From Schmidtea polychroa (lineage: Eukaryota), in the NCBI GenBank assembly GCA_044892525.1, contig CM097885.1, forward strand, positions 11,224,001 to 11,288,000: a stretch of 64,000 nt of DNA, written 5' to 3'. The position numbers and the translations under genes are program-made. The notes below the pieces were generated by a model. It was not told where the DNA came from. It worked only from the letters and a program-made list of their open reading frames with translations, and did no database searches. Shown here piece by piece: positions 48,301-63,218 of this stretch; positions within the stretch are counted from its first letter, which is position 1; each line of letters opens with the position of its first letter.

Positions 48301-49497
48301 TTGGCAGTGATTATCCTGTTCAAATTGCAGGAATGCTTTGAAATGGCCAGCAAGAAACTGTCGGTTTTTGATGTGATGCAAGATTTGCCCGCTGCTGGTG
48401 CCGCTGCTGGTGCCGCCGGATTGCTGGATTGCAAAGGCCGCAGGAAGCTGCTGAGGTCGGCAGGGGAAATTGAGGAGAAACTGATGAGAATGTCAACTGA
48501 TCAATTGCAGTTGCTGTGGAATTCAGTATTTGATTCAGTTCCTAGGATCACTGACGACAGCCCAATTATCGCATTACCGGATCAAGTGAATGATCTCGTG
48601 ATCGTATACAAGCGCATTACTTGTGTTATTTCATCACTCAAAGGTTTCCTGATTTATTTATTTGTTTATATTGCTATCGATTATTTATATTTGTCTTTTA
48701 TTGTTTCATTTTTTGTTTTTGGATTTTTTTATTATTAATTTAAATATTTAATTTATTACTTGTTTTATTTTTTTATTGTAATAATATTTTTATTAAAATT
48801 ATTATTTTTACAATTTTTTCGATTTTTATTATTTATTATTTTTAAATTTTATTATTCCATTTTAATTTTTTTTCAAAATTCAGTTTTTATTTTTTTAAGT
48901 AATATTATTTTTATTTTATTAATAATTTTATGTCTTTTTAAAATAATTAAATTTAAAATATATTTATTTTCAATAATTATTTTAAACTTTATTATTCCAC
49001 TTTTAATTATTTTTATTTAAAATTTTATTCGATTATGTTTTTTTATTTTTAAAAAACTTTTTTTTTAATTCAGTTTTTATTTATATATTTATTATTAATT
49101 TTTTTTTATTATTAATTTTAATATTTTTTTAATATTTAAAATTATTTTCAAAATTCAGTTTTATTTTTATAAATATTTTTATATATCTTTAATTTTTTTT
49201 AAATTATTTTAATTTATTAGTTTTAATATAAATTTTAATTTATTTATTTTGTAATTATTTTAAACTTTATTATTCCAATTTTAATTATTTTTTAAACTAT
49301 TAATATTTTATTTTATTATAAATGTTATAATTCCATTTCTAGACTCATTGGAAAGTTGCTGTTTCTTGATCTGGTATCACGCGCTGGCATACAACAACAA
49401 CAACAGCTCAACGAGTGCCGATAAAGATAACTATATGATCACAGCTGATTCCAGCCTTCATCCAATCCAGCGATTGCATAAAATTCAACAAATTAAA
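45394..49497 (+). pseudogene. NUP205: Near-identical partial duplicate of Nup205 3' exons (copy of ~39689-43790)
   Basis: Offset ~5705 with exons and introns copied. TTA changed to TAA at 45668-45670. Truncated at both ends. Confidence 0.88.
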
Positions 49498-51330
49498 TAT
49501 GCATGATATTTATATTCAAATCAAAAAATGTTTATTCTGTGCAATAAGTGCATTATAGAAAAATTTAATTTGAAAAAATAAATGCAAAAAAAATAATAAT
49601 TAAATGATTCCATAGACTTAGATTAATATTGAATATATTGAAAAAAATCCTTCAATTAAATAACCTGTGCAATTTTCTACTGAGAGTGATGCAGAACATG
49701 TCACATATATAAAAAGTCAGAATTATTAATTAAAAAGAAAAAGAATTAAATAAATAATAGACAAGCATATTAACAACATATTAATAATCCTCCACCTTTT
49801 TTTATTTGTGTCTTTTGAACTGTTTTCACATGTAATCTTACAGTTATCGATTAATGTTTGAATTGAATATGTTTTGGAATTTATCAATTACTAATTGAAT
49901 TATTAGGAATACTTATTGAAAAACACTTCTACGGATTAACTGTTTTAGATCAATAACAAACAAAAATACATTAAAGATGCTGGATAACGGGATAATTCCA
50001 AAAATAGTAACAATTAAAATCTGCACTTTCAAAAACAGACATTCTATTGACAGAACAGAGTGTATTGACATTCGAAATAGAGTGTCAACAGGGATTGTTA
50101 ATTTTATATTATATAATTTGTAATTGTGATAATCAAATATATTTTATTGAACCAGTGTTTGTGTTCTTATTTATATAGGAACCATCAAGTTGAGATTTGA
50201 GAACCTCAACATAAGATTTTCAGCTATAACGATATAGCTAATAATTATGAAGGTAATAAACTAAAACCTGAGTACAGAAGTTGAGTGATAATATTTATTT
50301 TACACAAAGATTTGCATCTAGAGGCATGTATATTAGCTTTTTCTAAAACTGATTTCATAAGTATTTTTGTCAATTATTACTTTTCCGATAAATATCTGAC
50401 TATAGATTAAAACTTTGTTGAATTGATGAAAGATTAAGATATTGTACCTTTGAATGCCTTGACTAAGTTTCCATATCTCCATCAAGTTATTACAACCGTT
50501 GGAGACTTAATAAAAGCATTTTAGTGCATAATTTCGTTCTCTTGGAAGCATTTGATTATGTCATATTGATCAATTCATTTTTTTAATATTTTTTATTAAA
50601 AATATTTATTTTATTTTTATTTTTTTACTATATTTTTTTAATTATTTATAATATATTTTTATTGTTTATAAATTTTTTAATTATTATTTATACAATTATT
50701 CTATTTTTTATATTTTATTTGCTGAAACGGCCACCAGATTAAATTACGCTAAATATCTGGCTTGCGATCAAATGCGTGTTGCTTTGATGGATGATAAAGT
50801 TATTGAACCTAGAAGATTTAATAAAAGCATTCCAGTTTAATTTTTTCGTTCCCTTGGCACCATTTAACCATCTGGCCCTGCTAACCTTTTCCCATTATCA
50901 TGTGGCGATTATGAGAAGCAGTTATCATACATCCAACTGTTTTATACATCGACCTTATTGCACCTAGAAAGGTCATTTGAACAGTAAATCCATTTAAATA
51001 TTTTGAATTAATTCTCTAGCATCCGGTTTTATAAGGCAATAAATTGCACGAATCATAAATTTATTATTTCTTTTGTTTATTATTCAGATATTTTCAAAAA
51101 ATAACTTTTTTCAAAATGCCTTATTTAAAATTGGCAACAATAAAATTATTCAAAACAAAAATATTTAAAATCTCTCGACATTTATAAAAATTTTGACAAT
51201 TAAATTAAACTATTTCACGCTTTGGCATTTTTATCCCTAATTAATTAATTTTATAATAAATCAAATTTATTATTTCAATGATACAATAAATATATTATTC
51301 TAATTGGCAATTTTAGATAGAGAAATGTAA

Positions 51331-51386
<56 letters not shown>

Positions 51387-52002
51387 TCTTTATTACCTTT
51401 TGTATTAATTGTCATCAGCATTTTTATAATTTTATATTTATTGTTTTTCAATTTATTATCATTCCGAGTTTTTATTAATTTATTATTTTTATTGTGATGT
51501 TTTTGTAATTATTATTTTTAGTTTCAATTATATTTTGTGGCTTGCCTACCAGCGAAAAAGAATAGAAATGGCTCACAAATCCTTACTAAGCAAGCAAATT
51601 TCTCAATAATTCCAACTAACGTGAAATGCATGCTTCTAATTAATAGAAATCAAATATAAATGAAAAAATGATTAATTTAGCAACTGAAAATCATTGGAAT
51701 ATAGCACACTGATAGAGCTACCAATTTGTCCAATGAAATTAAATGGCCTTGTAAACAACTAATGAAAAACGAGTTCGCTTTATTGACAGGCGAATTAGCG
51801 TTTAGATTGACCACCAATCTTGCTGTGGTCTTGTGGAACTGATTAAACATTCATGTCGAATATAAATGCAAAATGAATATTAACTATTAAGAATTCAGAT
51901 AATAATTTATAACATGTATATTTAATAAATATAATTAATTCACAAACTAAGCTTATCTCGAATTTAAACAAATTAATATTAGTTTTTAAATTTAAATAAT
52001 TA

Positions 52003-52507
52003 AAAAGAACTCACTAATTGAATGGCTAACATCAATACTGTTTTTAACAAGATTTGCCTATAACAATGAATAAACAAATCTTCCAAAGACGGACCCAGTA
52101 ATTCTAAAACTAACGCATTGTATCGATCGCATTGTCCAAAGTAAAAATCTTCTGGAAAGCCTGTTATCGGATTACCTAAACTGTTAAAAATATTAATCAC
52201 AACCATAATATAATAAATGAAATAGTTGAGCATTCTATAAAATCTGTATTCTAAATGTAATTAGGGTGCTCTGGTTTTCATGAATTCTGACTTTAGAGCA
52301 ACATGTTCGTTTGTATATCAATTCCTCCCGGAAACATTATGAAAATAAAAAACATTTGTAATTGATAATATTACCTAATCGAAGTTCATCAAAATTTCCA
52401 CAAAACTATCAAAAAATTCGAATCTCCACCGCTCAGAACATTAGAAGATTTCGAATAACGATTTTAATCTGCTAAGCACTATATTTGAATATTTTATTAA
52501 AACTAAC
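52003..52507 (-). pseudogene. CSNK1G: CK1-gamma pseudogene fragment (duplicate)
   Basis: Copy of 17235-17739. Confidence 0.85.
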
Positions 52508-52807
52508 CTGAAAAAATAGTGAATTTAAACAAACAGCTTAATAAAAAATGCTGACTTATAATAATTAAAAATTTATTAAAATTGTTTATATCCCATGAAA
52601 ATTTTAATATATGTTCAAAGTTTTGAAATTTAATTCGTATTTTTTATTGGACAATAAAAGTAGTTTAATTTATATTTAATTTTTGTGTATGTAAAATTGG
52701 TTTTCAACTATTTAAAGATAAAAGATTTAAAAACACTTAGTGTTTGGTAAAAACTGTAGAAATTAAAATATTTTTGAATACGATAGTAATGCATTTTCAG
52801 AAACCAG

Positions 52808-53757
52808 CATGACAATCACATTGATAAATTAAATAAATACAAAACCCATTGGCAGTAAACGGGAAACGTTGACATATTTTTCATTAAGATTTTTAAGCTG
52901 TTGAAACTATTCGAAAACAGACTGGTGAGCGTTGGAATTTATGCACGCAACCCTGCTGTAAAGGCATATGTTTCTGATAAGAATTGTCGGGAAATAATTG
53001 CCTTTGCCTAAAAGCACATTGGCTGGACTACACAGCAATGGTCTGATGAACCAAAGTTCAACCTTTTTGTTTCCGATGGTCGATGTAAAGTTTGGCGCCC
53101 CAAACGAGAAAAGGACAATCCTCTATATTCCAGGGTAAGAATACCTCATTGATGGAGATTTTAACAGGACAACGATCCGAAGCATTCCTCAAAGTCCTAC
53201 AAGAGTGGTTCGTGAAGAAAAGGTCAATGTTCTGAAATGGCTGTCACAATCTTTGGACCTTAATCCAATTCGAACATCTTTGGGATGAGATTGGATGAGA
53301 CGCCTTGAAGGTCAACATTTCTCGAACTCGAATCAGTTGTATGAGAAACTTTAGGAAATTTGGTCTGAGATTCTTGTTAGCATATGTGAGCGCCTTGTGA
53401 ACTCGAACCCACGCTGTTGTCAGGCAGTCTTGGATGCTGGTGGATACCCTACAAAATATTAATCATTATCTATGTGTAAACTCTTTCACTCAGTATTTAT
53501 TCTGTATTTATTCAGTACAAAAGAAAATAAAAAAGTGTTTCCATATTGATTTGATTCAAAATTGAGAATTTTTTTCAAACAAATTACGATAAGAGTGTTA
53601 AAATTCCCTCTCATTGTTTCACTGATTGTACCTTCAGAAAGCCCACCTAAATTTTACCAAGAAGCACTAACGGGAAAATTCATGGCATTTACAGAATAAA
53701 ATGATGAAAGATGAAACAAATTTCTATCTCATATTTCTATACTTTTTCTGCTCACTG
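52808..53757 (+). mobile_element. Tc1/mariner remnant (duplicate)
   Basis: Copy of 18040-18989. Confidence 0.88.
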
Positions 53758-53997
53758 TATATATGATAAATATAGAAATTATGAAGGTAATAAAGAAAAA
53801 GCTTAATGCGGAAGTTGAAGGATAATATTTATTTTACACAAAGATCTGCATATAGTGACATGTAGCTATCTTATTAATTCATCTCAATCAACTACGAAAA
53901 ACGCTTGTGATCATAGTAATAATGATCGAAGTAGAGTTATGTCGCTAGATAGTGATATAAGTATTGTTAGTCAACCTCCTTTTACGATTGTTAGCTT

Positions 53998-54240
53998 GAA
54001 CGACATAACTCTTGTCCAACCAACTCATTTGCAAACTAACCTCAAAGAAACTATTGATTCTTAGTGAAGAAAGAGTTAAGCAATTGGATATTAAAATCAG
54101 AGTTCACAGTGGTGGAAAGAACTCACAAATTTATGCAATCAGTCAAGCATTGGTAAAATCTGTTGTTGCATCCTAGCAAAAATTTGTTGATGAACAATCT
54201 AAAAGAGAGTTGAAAGAAAGCTTCATTCGATATGATGGAA
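53998..54240 (+). pseudogene. RPS16: RPS16 pseudogene fragment (duplicate)
   Basis: Copy of 19230-19472. Confidence 0.88.
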
Positions 54241-55216
54241 GTGAAATTCCTTGGATATCTAATTATGATAACAGCGGTATTTTTGATCAAAGTTTTGGCA
54301 GTTGAGATGGACGTGAAGTCAAAACACACCCATAGCTCTATTTGGATCATCGCAGGTGAAGTGACACGATTAGGGTGAGATATCGTCGCGAGATTAATGG
54401 AACTTTATCTATCGCAAGAAAATGAGTGCGAAAATTCCGGATAGTGTCGATTTATTGTCCACAATATAGATAATTGAATGGATAGAATGACTTACACCTA
54501 AATCCGAATTATAAAAGTCTCTACACCAAACACCACTGAGATTCATTCTCTATAGTGGTGGTTGGCGTGTAGAGCAATTGCTCACTCACCAATTTAATGA
54601 ATTTCCTATCATATTTTGGAAATTTATTTTTGCCATTTTACAAATGGTTTTCAGGTAAGATGTTAAATTTTAAGACTTGAATTTTGATCCATATAGATAT
54701 GAGAGTTCTTAAATACTACTTTTAATCAACAGTATAAGTATAAAATATTTTTAATTAATTTTCAAGGTTTTTTAGGAATTTTATGATATTTATCTTTAAG
54801 TATTTTAGAATTATTTCGAAAAAATTTGAGTGAGATATATTTTTAATTATAATTAAATAAATCAATCACCAAAAATATGTATTTTTCTAAATAATTTTTG
54901 TTTTTTTTCTGAGCTCAATATGAGATGCTTCTTTCAGGAAACCATCTGGATTGAAAAGACATTGAACCAGATTCATCTGCTCTTGATAATTTGATTAAAA
55001 ATATATTTTTAAAAAGTTTCAGCGATCTTTTTTCTTTCTAAAAATTGTCAAAAATCAAGTTATAATAGAAACTTATCTCAGCGGTGCATTTCTACGAATC
55101 AAATGTTTATGTGTTTTTAGTGTGTGTTACGCTTGTGTGTAGTTTTTAATTTTTCTTCCAGTTTTCAGATTTCTATAGTATAAAATGTATCTTACTGCAC
55201 TATAAATGAGAACATC

Positions 55217-57696
55217 AGTAGGTAGTTAGTAAAATTGTTGCAACTTTTGATTACGCAATTGTTGCAACTCAAATTTTTTGCGTTCAGGGATTTTTAGTCC
55301 AAAATTTTTTTTATCACACTATAGTGAGGGGGTCTCGATTGATCCTGAGATTTTCAATACAAAAAAATTTTTTCAATAGAAATTTGAATTATCATTAAAA
55401 AGCCAAGGATTTTTCGAATTAAATTAAGGTGGGTCTCCTTGGTCATGAGAATTTCAATAGAAAATGGTGGTCTACAATAAAAAAGCCAAGGATTATTCAG
55501 ACTGTAGTGAGAGGGTCTCCATGGTCCTAGAATTTACAATCGAAAAAGACGGTCTTCAATAAAAAAGCATGGTAATTTAAGGTCTCAGGATATTTTCAAT
55601 ACAAAAAGGTGGTCTACACTAAAAAACAGTGGTAATTTAAGGTCTCAGGATATTTTCAATACAAAAATCCGATTATCACTAAAATAGCATGGATTTTTCT
55701 AGGTCAATTCAGGTGGGTCTTCTTGGTCCTGAGAATTTCAATAGAAAAAGGTGGTCTACACTATAAAACTTGGTAAATTTTTTAAAATAAAGCAAATTAT
55801 GGGTCTAAAAAATTGATTTACAGTAAATTATGGTCCAAATTTTTAAATTAAAGTAAATAATAGGTCTAATAATTGAATTAAAGCAAACAATAGGCTGAAA
55901 TAAGTAAATTAAGGTCCAAATTTTTGAATTACATTAAATAATAGGTCTAATAATTGAATTAAAGTAAATAATGGTTCAAAATTTAAAATTAAAGTTAATT
56001 AAGGGTTCAACTAAGTAAATTAAGGTTCAAATTTTAAATTAAAGTAAATCAAGGTCCAAATTTTTAGAATTAAAGTAATCAATGGGTTCAAATTTTTATA
56101 TTAAAGTAAATAATGGTTCAAAATTTAAAATTAAAGTTAATTAAGGGTTCAACTAAGTAAATTAAAGTCCAAATTTTTAAATTAAAGTAAATAATGGTTC
56201 AAATTTTTAATTAAAGTAAATCAAGGTCCAAAATTTTAAATTAAAGTAATGAATTGGCTCAAATAACTAAATTAAGGTTCTAAAAAATTAAATTAAAGTT
56301 AATTAAGGTCCAAATTTTAAAATTAAGTAATCAATGGTAAAAAAATTTTAAATTAAAGTTAAATAAGTAAATTAAAGTAATAATTTTTAAATAAGTAAAT
56401 TAAAGTTATGTAATAAGTAAATTAAAGTAATATTTTTAAATTTATTAACAAAAAGTTGAAATAATAGAAGATGTTTGAGAATTGAAATTTTTTAATGAAA
56501 ATTTTTTATGAATAATTTTTTAAGTTAATTTTTAATGGAAATTTTTATGAAATATTTTTTAATGATAATTTTAGATGGAAATTTTTATGAAATATTTTTC
56601 AAAGACAAATTTTAATAATAATTCAACAACAAACCAACAACTTAGTACCAACAACCAGTAACTTACGAACATGTATTAACAACCACATACCTACAACTAG
56701 TTACTAACAATCAGTTACCTGATACCAAGTACTAACAACCAACTAGCTACCACCTACCAAGTACATACAACCAACAACAACCAAGTACTAAGCATTATTA
56801 ACTAACTACTAAGTACTTACAACCAAAAACAACCAGCTTACAACTAGCTACCACCTACCAAGTACTCACAACCATTAACTTACGAACATGTATTAACAAC
56901 CAAATACCTACAACTAGTTACTAACAACCAGTTACCTGATACCAAGTACCAACAACCACCTACCAAGTACTAACAACCAAAAACAACCAGGTACTAAGCA
57001 TTATCGACCAACTAAATACTAAGTACTAACAACCAAAAACAAGAAAAAACTAGGTACCAGATACCAACTACTCACAACCGAAAACAACCAGGTACTAAGC
57101 ATTATCAACCAACTACCTACAACCACCTACCAAGTATTAACAACCAAGTAACTTACCTAGTACTAAGCACTGTCAACTAGATACCAAACACTTACAACCA
57201 GATGACCACATGAAATTATTGGTTAATTATGAAAATAAGGATTATATTTAGTTGTTAAGTAAATTATGATGTAAAATTAAGAAATAAAGAATAATTAGGT
57301 AAATTAAAGTTAAACATTTTAAATAAGTAAATTAAGGTTCAAAATTTAAAATTAAGTAACCAATGGTTCAAATTTTAAATTAAAGCTAAATAAGTAAATT
57401 AAAGTAAGATTTTTAAATTTATTATCAAAAGAACCAAAAAGAACCACCAACTTTTTTGAGAAATGTAATTTTTAATGAAAATTTAAATGGAAATTTTTTT
57501 TTAAGTTAATTTTAAATGTAAAATTTTTTAAATTAATTTTTAATGAAAACTTTTATGGTATAATTTTTTTAAGCTAATTTTTTAAGTTAATTTTTATGAA
57601 ATTTTTTTAAGATAATTTTAAATACAAATTTTAATGAAATAATTTTTAAGTTAATGTCAATGAAATATTTTTCAAAGTCAAATGAAAATTTAAATG

Positions 57697-57787
<91 letters not shown>

Positions 57788-58700
57788 TCAAAAGTTCCCA
57801 ACAATCGGTCACTAAATATTTTTAACTAGGTGCTAACAAATAAGTACCAAATACTTACAACATGATACCACGTACTAACTAACTCTCAAACAACCAGATA
57901 CTTACAACTAACTACTTACAATCAACTAAATATTCTTCATTGAATTTTATGAAAGGTTTTTTTTAAATTAATTTTTTATCTATCTTCAAAATATAATAAT
58001 GTTTAATGTTTATGTTTAATGTTATATGTTTAAGAATATGTTTATGTGTAGACCACCTTTTTCTATTGAAATTCTCAGGACCAAGAAGACCCACCTGAAT
58101 TGACCTAGAAAAATCCATGCTATTTTAGTGATAATCGGATTTTTGTATTGAAAATATCCTGAGACCTTGTAATTAAACAAATTAATAAACAATCAGTAGA
58201 AATCATTAAATTCTAATTTCTAAATTTAACAAAAATGATGATTTTCATCAAAAATGAATAATTGTCACCACGTGGAATTCAAAATAATTTAAATTACAAT
58301 GAAAGACTAATGAATTCTAATTTACAAAACATTCTTCTTTTAAATGATAACTACTGACTTATTATTGCAATGTAAAAAATACTTATTGTTGATCAGTTTC
58401 ATTATATATACTCTGAGTTTATCCGACAGGATGTTTTGACCCGCTAAGGGTACAGGTCATAAGGGTACTGGTCGTAAGGGTATTAGTCGTAAGGGTAATA
58501 GTCGTATGGGTATTGGTAAAGCTCAACCACCACCTACCCATTAACTAGCTACTAAGTACTAACAACCAGGTCTCAAACAACTAAATACTAAACACTTACA
58601 ACCAACATCAACCAGCTACTAATCATTATCAACCTACAACTATATAACAACAATCAGTAAACAACACTGTACCAACTACTAAATACAAGATATCAACAAT
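55217..58700 (+). repeat. Full-length satellite-rich left arm starting AGTAGGTAG
   Basis: Extends the 20449 arm. Inverted match to 30880-33051. An internal inverted ~120-bp copy of 55640-55760 sits at ~58047-58168, and 15-bp AAGGGTA repeats at 58445-58517. Confidence 0.8.
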
Positions 58701-60987
58701 CAACTAACAACACATAAAAATAATAGCAATTAAATACAAAATATTCTTCATCACATACACTATCTTCTTATCAAAATCTAAAAAGTCAATCAAGTACCTA
58801 CAACTAGTTACTAACAAATTGATCTTTAAAAGAAAATACTTATCACTTGAAAAATTAGATGGAAAATTAATTGAACTCAAAGTACTTTTAAGATTTACCA
58901 ATAACTAGGTAAAAATTGATTAAATAATTGTAAAAATTTAAATTATTCAAAATATACCAAATAATTATTATAAAAATGTAATTAATGGACAGGAAAGAAC
59001 TTTAAATTCTAGTCATTAATCATCCAGTAAATAAAAAAATAATACTGATCATTCAAGTTGAATCGACTAAGTTAATAAATAAGATCTAGTAGATAATTGA
59101 TTTAGATTGAATAAATCAATTAAAATTAATTAATTTTAATTATTTTTTTTTAAAAGTAACACATGTATAGTCAAATCTATTTACTAATTCCTCAAATTAT
59201 ACACAAAATTCAGTAGGAATTCATTACAATTATCAATGTCGTCAATCTACAATAAAAATAATTATCATTAAATTCCAAGAGAGACTAGAAAACTAATGAT
59301 AACATCTAACAAACCAGTAAATTCATTTAAATGTCAATAATTGGTATATCCAAGTAAATTTCCTACTAAAATCGTCTATAAACCATCAAATTTCCCTGAA
59401 ATAACTATCTTTAAAGTTTAGTATTTTATCGATAAATATCCTTAAAAGGTAATATATTTACCTCAGACTAATAAGATTGCTTAAAATCCCCTTTGAATGA
59501 CTATAATTCTAACTTTAATTGCTATTATCACGAATATTTCCCTATTGATAAAACCAGTTATAATTAAATTTTTGTTCTAAATGTAAATCACCGTACTCGA
59601 AATTTTAAATAAATATTACTACAATATAACTGACTAGGTCCCATTGAAAGATTAAATTTATCCATTCAATAAAATATATTTCTTCAAATGATCATTTTTA
59701 CCAATATTCAACCGATTTAATTACTAATTAAAATCAATCGATAGATTTCTTCCAATAAAGATCAATTTTATTTAGTTGTCGATGTTTTAAATCAATATTT
59801 CTCAACTTTTGTCGTTGTCCGTCTAAATAAAGATAAAAATAATTTAAAGTTGATATCAATCCCAATTATCTGTAAAGATTTCATTGTCAAAACCAAGTAA
59901 ATCGATCATTATCCTTAATTAATAAAACATTGTTCTAAATTAATTTACTATGCATTAATCACAACCTAATAAAACGATATAATTTCACATTATTATTGAT
60001 TCATAACTGACTAATGTATTGCAATTTCCCTTAAAACATTGATATTTTACCAACATCATCCTTAAAAAATCATATATTCCCATCTTAACCCATCATTCAT
60101 TAAAATCAATCGACTATATCTCCCTTACAATGATATATTCCCATCTTAACCCATCCCTCATTAAATTTAACCGACAGTATCCCATCTTAACCGATTTCTC
60201 ACCAAATATTTCTACACTTTTAAACAACTAACCGACTATATCCCTTAATTTCCTTAAAGATTCCACCCACTTGAGCCCTTATATCAATCCTCTTAAAATC
60301 CTCAGAGAACTTCAAAAATATGACTTTTCATTAACTGTTATAGACACCAAATATTCTTCCATTGAAATAATTTAGAAGTTAATAATAAGAGCCCACTAAC
60401 CAATCAAAATCAAGGAAGGGTAGGGGAAAATATATTACGTTGCGGTATTTTAAAATTTAAATATATTTTAAAAACACATTTTGACGCTAAAGTCGACTTA
60501 TGTAACAAAGATATAATAAACTCATTATTTCCTACAAATATTTAACCCATCAAATACCTAACTGGAAATGATATATATTGTTTGATCATAATTCTTCAGC
60601 TATTCAACCAATCATTTTCAAGCAATAACAGCAAACTAAATTTCTGTATATCCAACAATAATTATCAAGTAAATTTAAACTGGTTTCTTAGCTTATGTTT
60701 TTTAAAGATCAACAATGTGTAAATATTCTTAGAAAATTATTGAAAACATTATTTAGTCAAATATATTACAAAGTTATCATCAAAAATTTATTCTATCACT
60801 TAATTATTAACCTAATTGTCAATGAAATTAATTTTTATTTAAAAACTATTCAATAAAATACAACTAATTATCAAGAAATAATTTAAATTTATCAATTAAA
60901 TTTATCACCATTAAAACTTTTAATCAGTCAACATGAAATTCTTAGAAAATTATTCAATATCCTCATAAAAATTTATCCTATCACTTG

Positions 60988-61428
60988 AGTAGATGGATTG
61001 GGCACCGCGAAAACAGGTCACCGCGAGAACAAAGACATTTTTACCCCCCCCCCCCCGGCCGGAAAAATTTTTAAAATTTTTTTTCAAGGTCAACTTGAGA
61101 ACAAAGACATATGACTCATCAAGGTCATTGAAACAAAGCCCATGACTCATTCAAGGTCATTCTCAAGGTCATATGGCTCATTCAAGGTCAACTTGAGAAC
61201 AAAGACATATGACTCATCAATGATATATAATTATTATTATTTTTAAAAATATTATTATTTCTAATGTCTTTGTTCTCGCGGTGAGGATCGATAGCTTATT
61301 TCGAAGCTTGGTGCAAGACCTTTCGAATGAGCTATAATTGTCATCATCAACTTTAATATTGGCAAAGTTATTAACATTTTCCCAAGACCATGTTCAATGA
61401 TATATATAATTATTATTATTTTTAAAAA

Positions 61429-61468
<40 letters not shown>

Positions 61469-61480
61469 TTTCGTTGGAAT
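60988..61480 (+). repeat. Left terminal inverted repeat (copy-1 type)
   Basis: Reverse-complement homology to 8590-9094 and to 30790-30876. Confidence 0.8.
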
Positions 61481-61545
61481 CTTTTAATAAAATACTAACA
61501 ACAGATAAATAATGTTGCATACATTTATTATTATTAATATTATTA

Positions 61546-61610
<65 letters not shown>

Positions 61611-62077
61611 AATAATAAAAACCCTATCAACCGATAAATAATGTTGCGTGCACACTGCAACACTATTACACAATAAAAATATATTATTATAAAAATTCTT
61701 ACAAAAGTTAACACTTGTGTGAAATAATCAAATTTTTATACATTTATACAAGCGTTTAACTGTTGTAAGAACCTTGAAAACTATCACCAGTTTTCAATAA
61801 AACGAAATAAAACAATATAAAGACTATTTTATAAAACAATATATTAAAACACAAATTAATCTGATAAAATGACAATCTTCAATATCGATGCCGATTTCTC
61901 TAATAAAAATGTCTGAGTCCTCATCGAAATCGGGGCTCAAGCCACCAAAAAGCGGCCAATCTCTTCGAATATCTGACCAGGATTATCAGGATTATCAGGA
62001 TCCGAGTCATCGTCAAAGTCTGGACTCAAGCCACCAAAAAGTGGTCCTACTTCAGAAAATATCTGACCATCATCAGT

Positions 62078-62367
62078 TTAGTCAAATCCTAAATAATGCT
62101 CATATGCCAGACTGGAATTAGGCCCCATCCATAGTCTCTTGTCATCGTTGTTCGACAAGGCTATTTTACTGTTCTTAAAAGTAAAGAGCTGGTGGTTACG
62201 CGTCCCTATTCTAGTTTTTGGCACCGTATATACTAAGCTATTGTTGTAGCAGTCTAAATAAGACTGGTGCCCTATCTCAGTATTACCAAGCTGAACTCCC
62301 TTAGCCCTAAGTGTTGCCTTATCTCCTAACAAACTATAACACTTAGGGCGCAAGAAAACCCACTCCT
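62078..62367 (-). pseudogene. C-terminal remnant of protein-primed family B DNA polymerase (pPolB)
   Basis: LRPKCYS...RAKGV...YLDC...HQLFT...KIALSNNDDKR...SLAY matches the Polinton pPolB C-terminus. Confidence 0.88.
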
Positions 62368-62651
62368 TCTATTAACCAATCAAAATCATACGGTATTAGT
62401 ATAAATAAAACATCATATTTTAATTATTGTAGAAATGTCTCATTTTATGGAAAATCTTTTAAGCCAAGTTATTAACAAGAAGATTATGGAAAGCCTCAGT
62501 TTCCTGATCGATCGGACCGAAAAGATTATCAAAGGAAATCATATTGATTATGAGGATGTGCTCAATTCCGATTGCCTCGAAACGAAAAAATTCTATTTTC
62601 ATAGGATTTTTAACTGCCTATGTGACGATGAGATGAAGTGGACTCGAATAC
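62368..62651 (+). pseudogene. Inverted 5' fragment of the Bcl-2-like gene with its promoter (ORF from 62435)
   Basis: Reverse complement of ~29688-29970; breaks at WTRI into (AAT)n. Confidence 0.85.
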
Positions 62652-62778
<127 letters not shown>

Positions 62779-62806
62779 CACAACAACAAAGGAAAGGATA
62801 CATTTA

Positions 62807-63191
62807 TTAAAAATCAAATTTTTTGTACAATAACCAAGCTAAACAATGTTGACCACATGTTTGGGTCAAAGGATTTTGAAACATAGTTTTATTATACACA
62901 ATAGGTTTCCCCATTGTTTGTAGTTTTGATATCAACAAAGCCGGGTAATAAAAACCCAATGGATCGAACACGAAAATATTACCAGGTTTCATATATATAG
63001 CTATCCAATGTTCTCCACCAAGATGAGACGATTGAGTATTGACGATTATTGCTTGATTATTGCTCAAATATGGAATTTTATCAAGAGGAAAAACTCCAAC
63101 AAATTCATTTCCCAATATCTGTTTTCCAATTTTATTGACCTGAACAGAACTACTTAAATAAATCCAGAGTATAAAAAACAACTTACTCCAT
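62807..63191 (-). CDS. Adenain-like protease, copy 3; 37-nt intron 63150-63186
   Basis: GEHW, FDPLG and TCGQHC motifs; spliced start MDSVQ. Confidence 0.88.
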
Positions 63192-63218
63192 GACAACTTT
63201 TTGTGTTTCTGTATACAT

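Larger units (their letters stand above)
49500..57070 (+). repeat. Segmental duplication unit B (copy of 14739-22302)
   Basis: Near identity, with only scattered SNPs and homopolymer or microsatellite length changes. Confidence 0.92.

Noticed and set aside
58700..60987. Possible decayed pPolB or other gene in the G-poor stretch between the two termini
   Set aside because: No recognisable protein motif in the frames examined; only short degenerate CCCATCTTAACC repeats near 60050-60250. Left unclassified.
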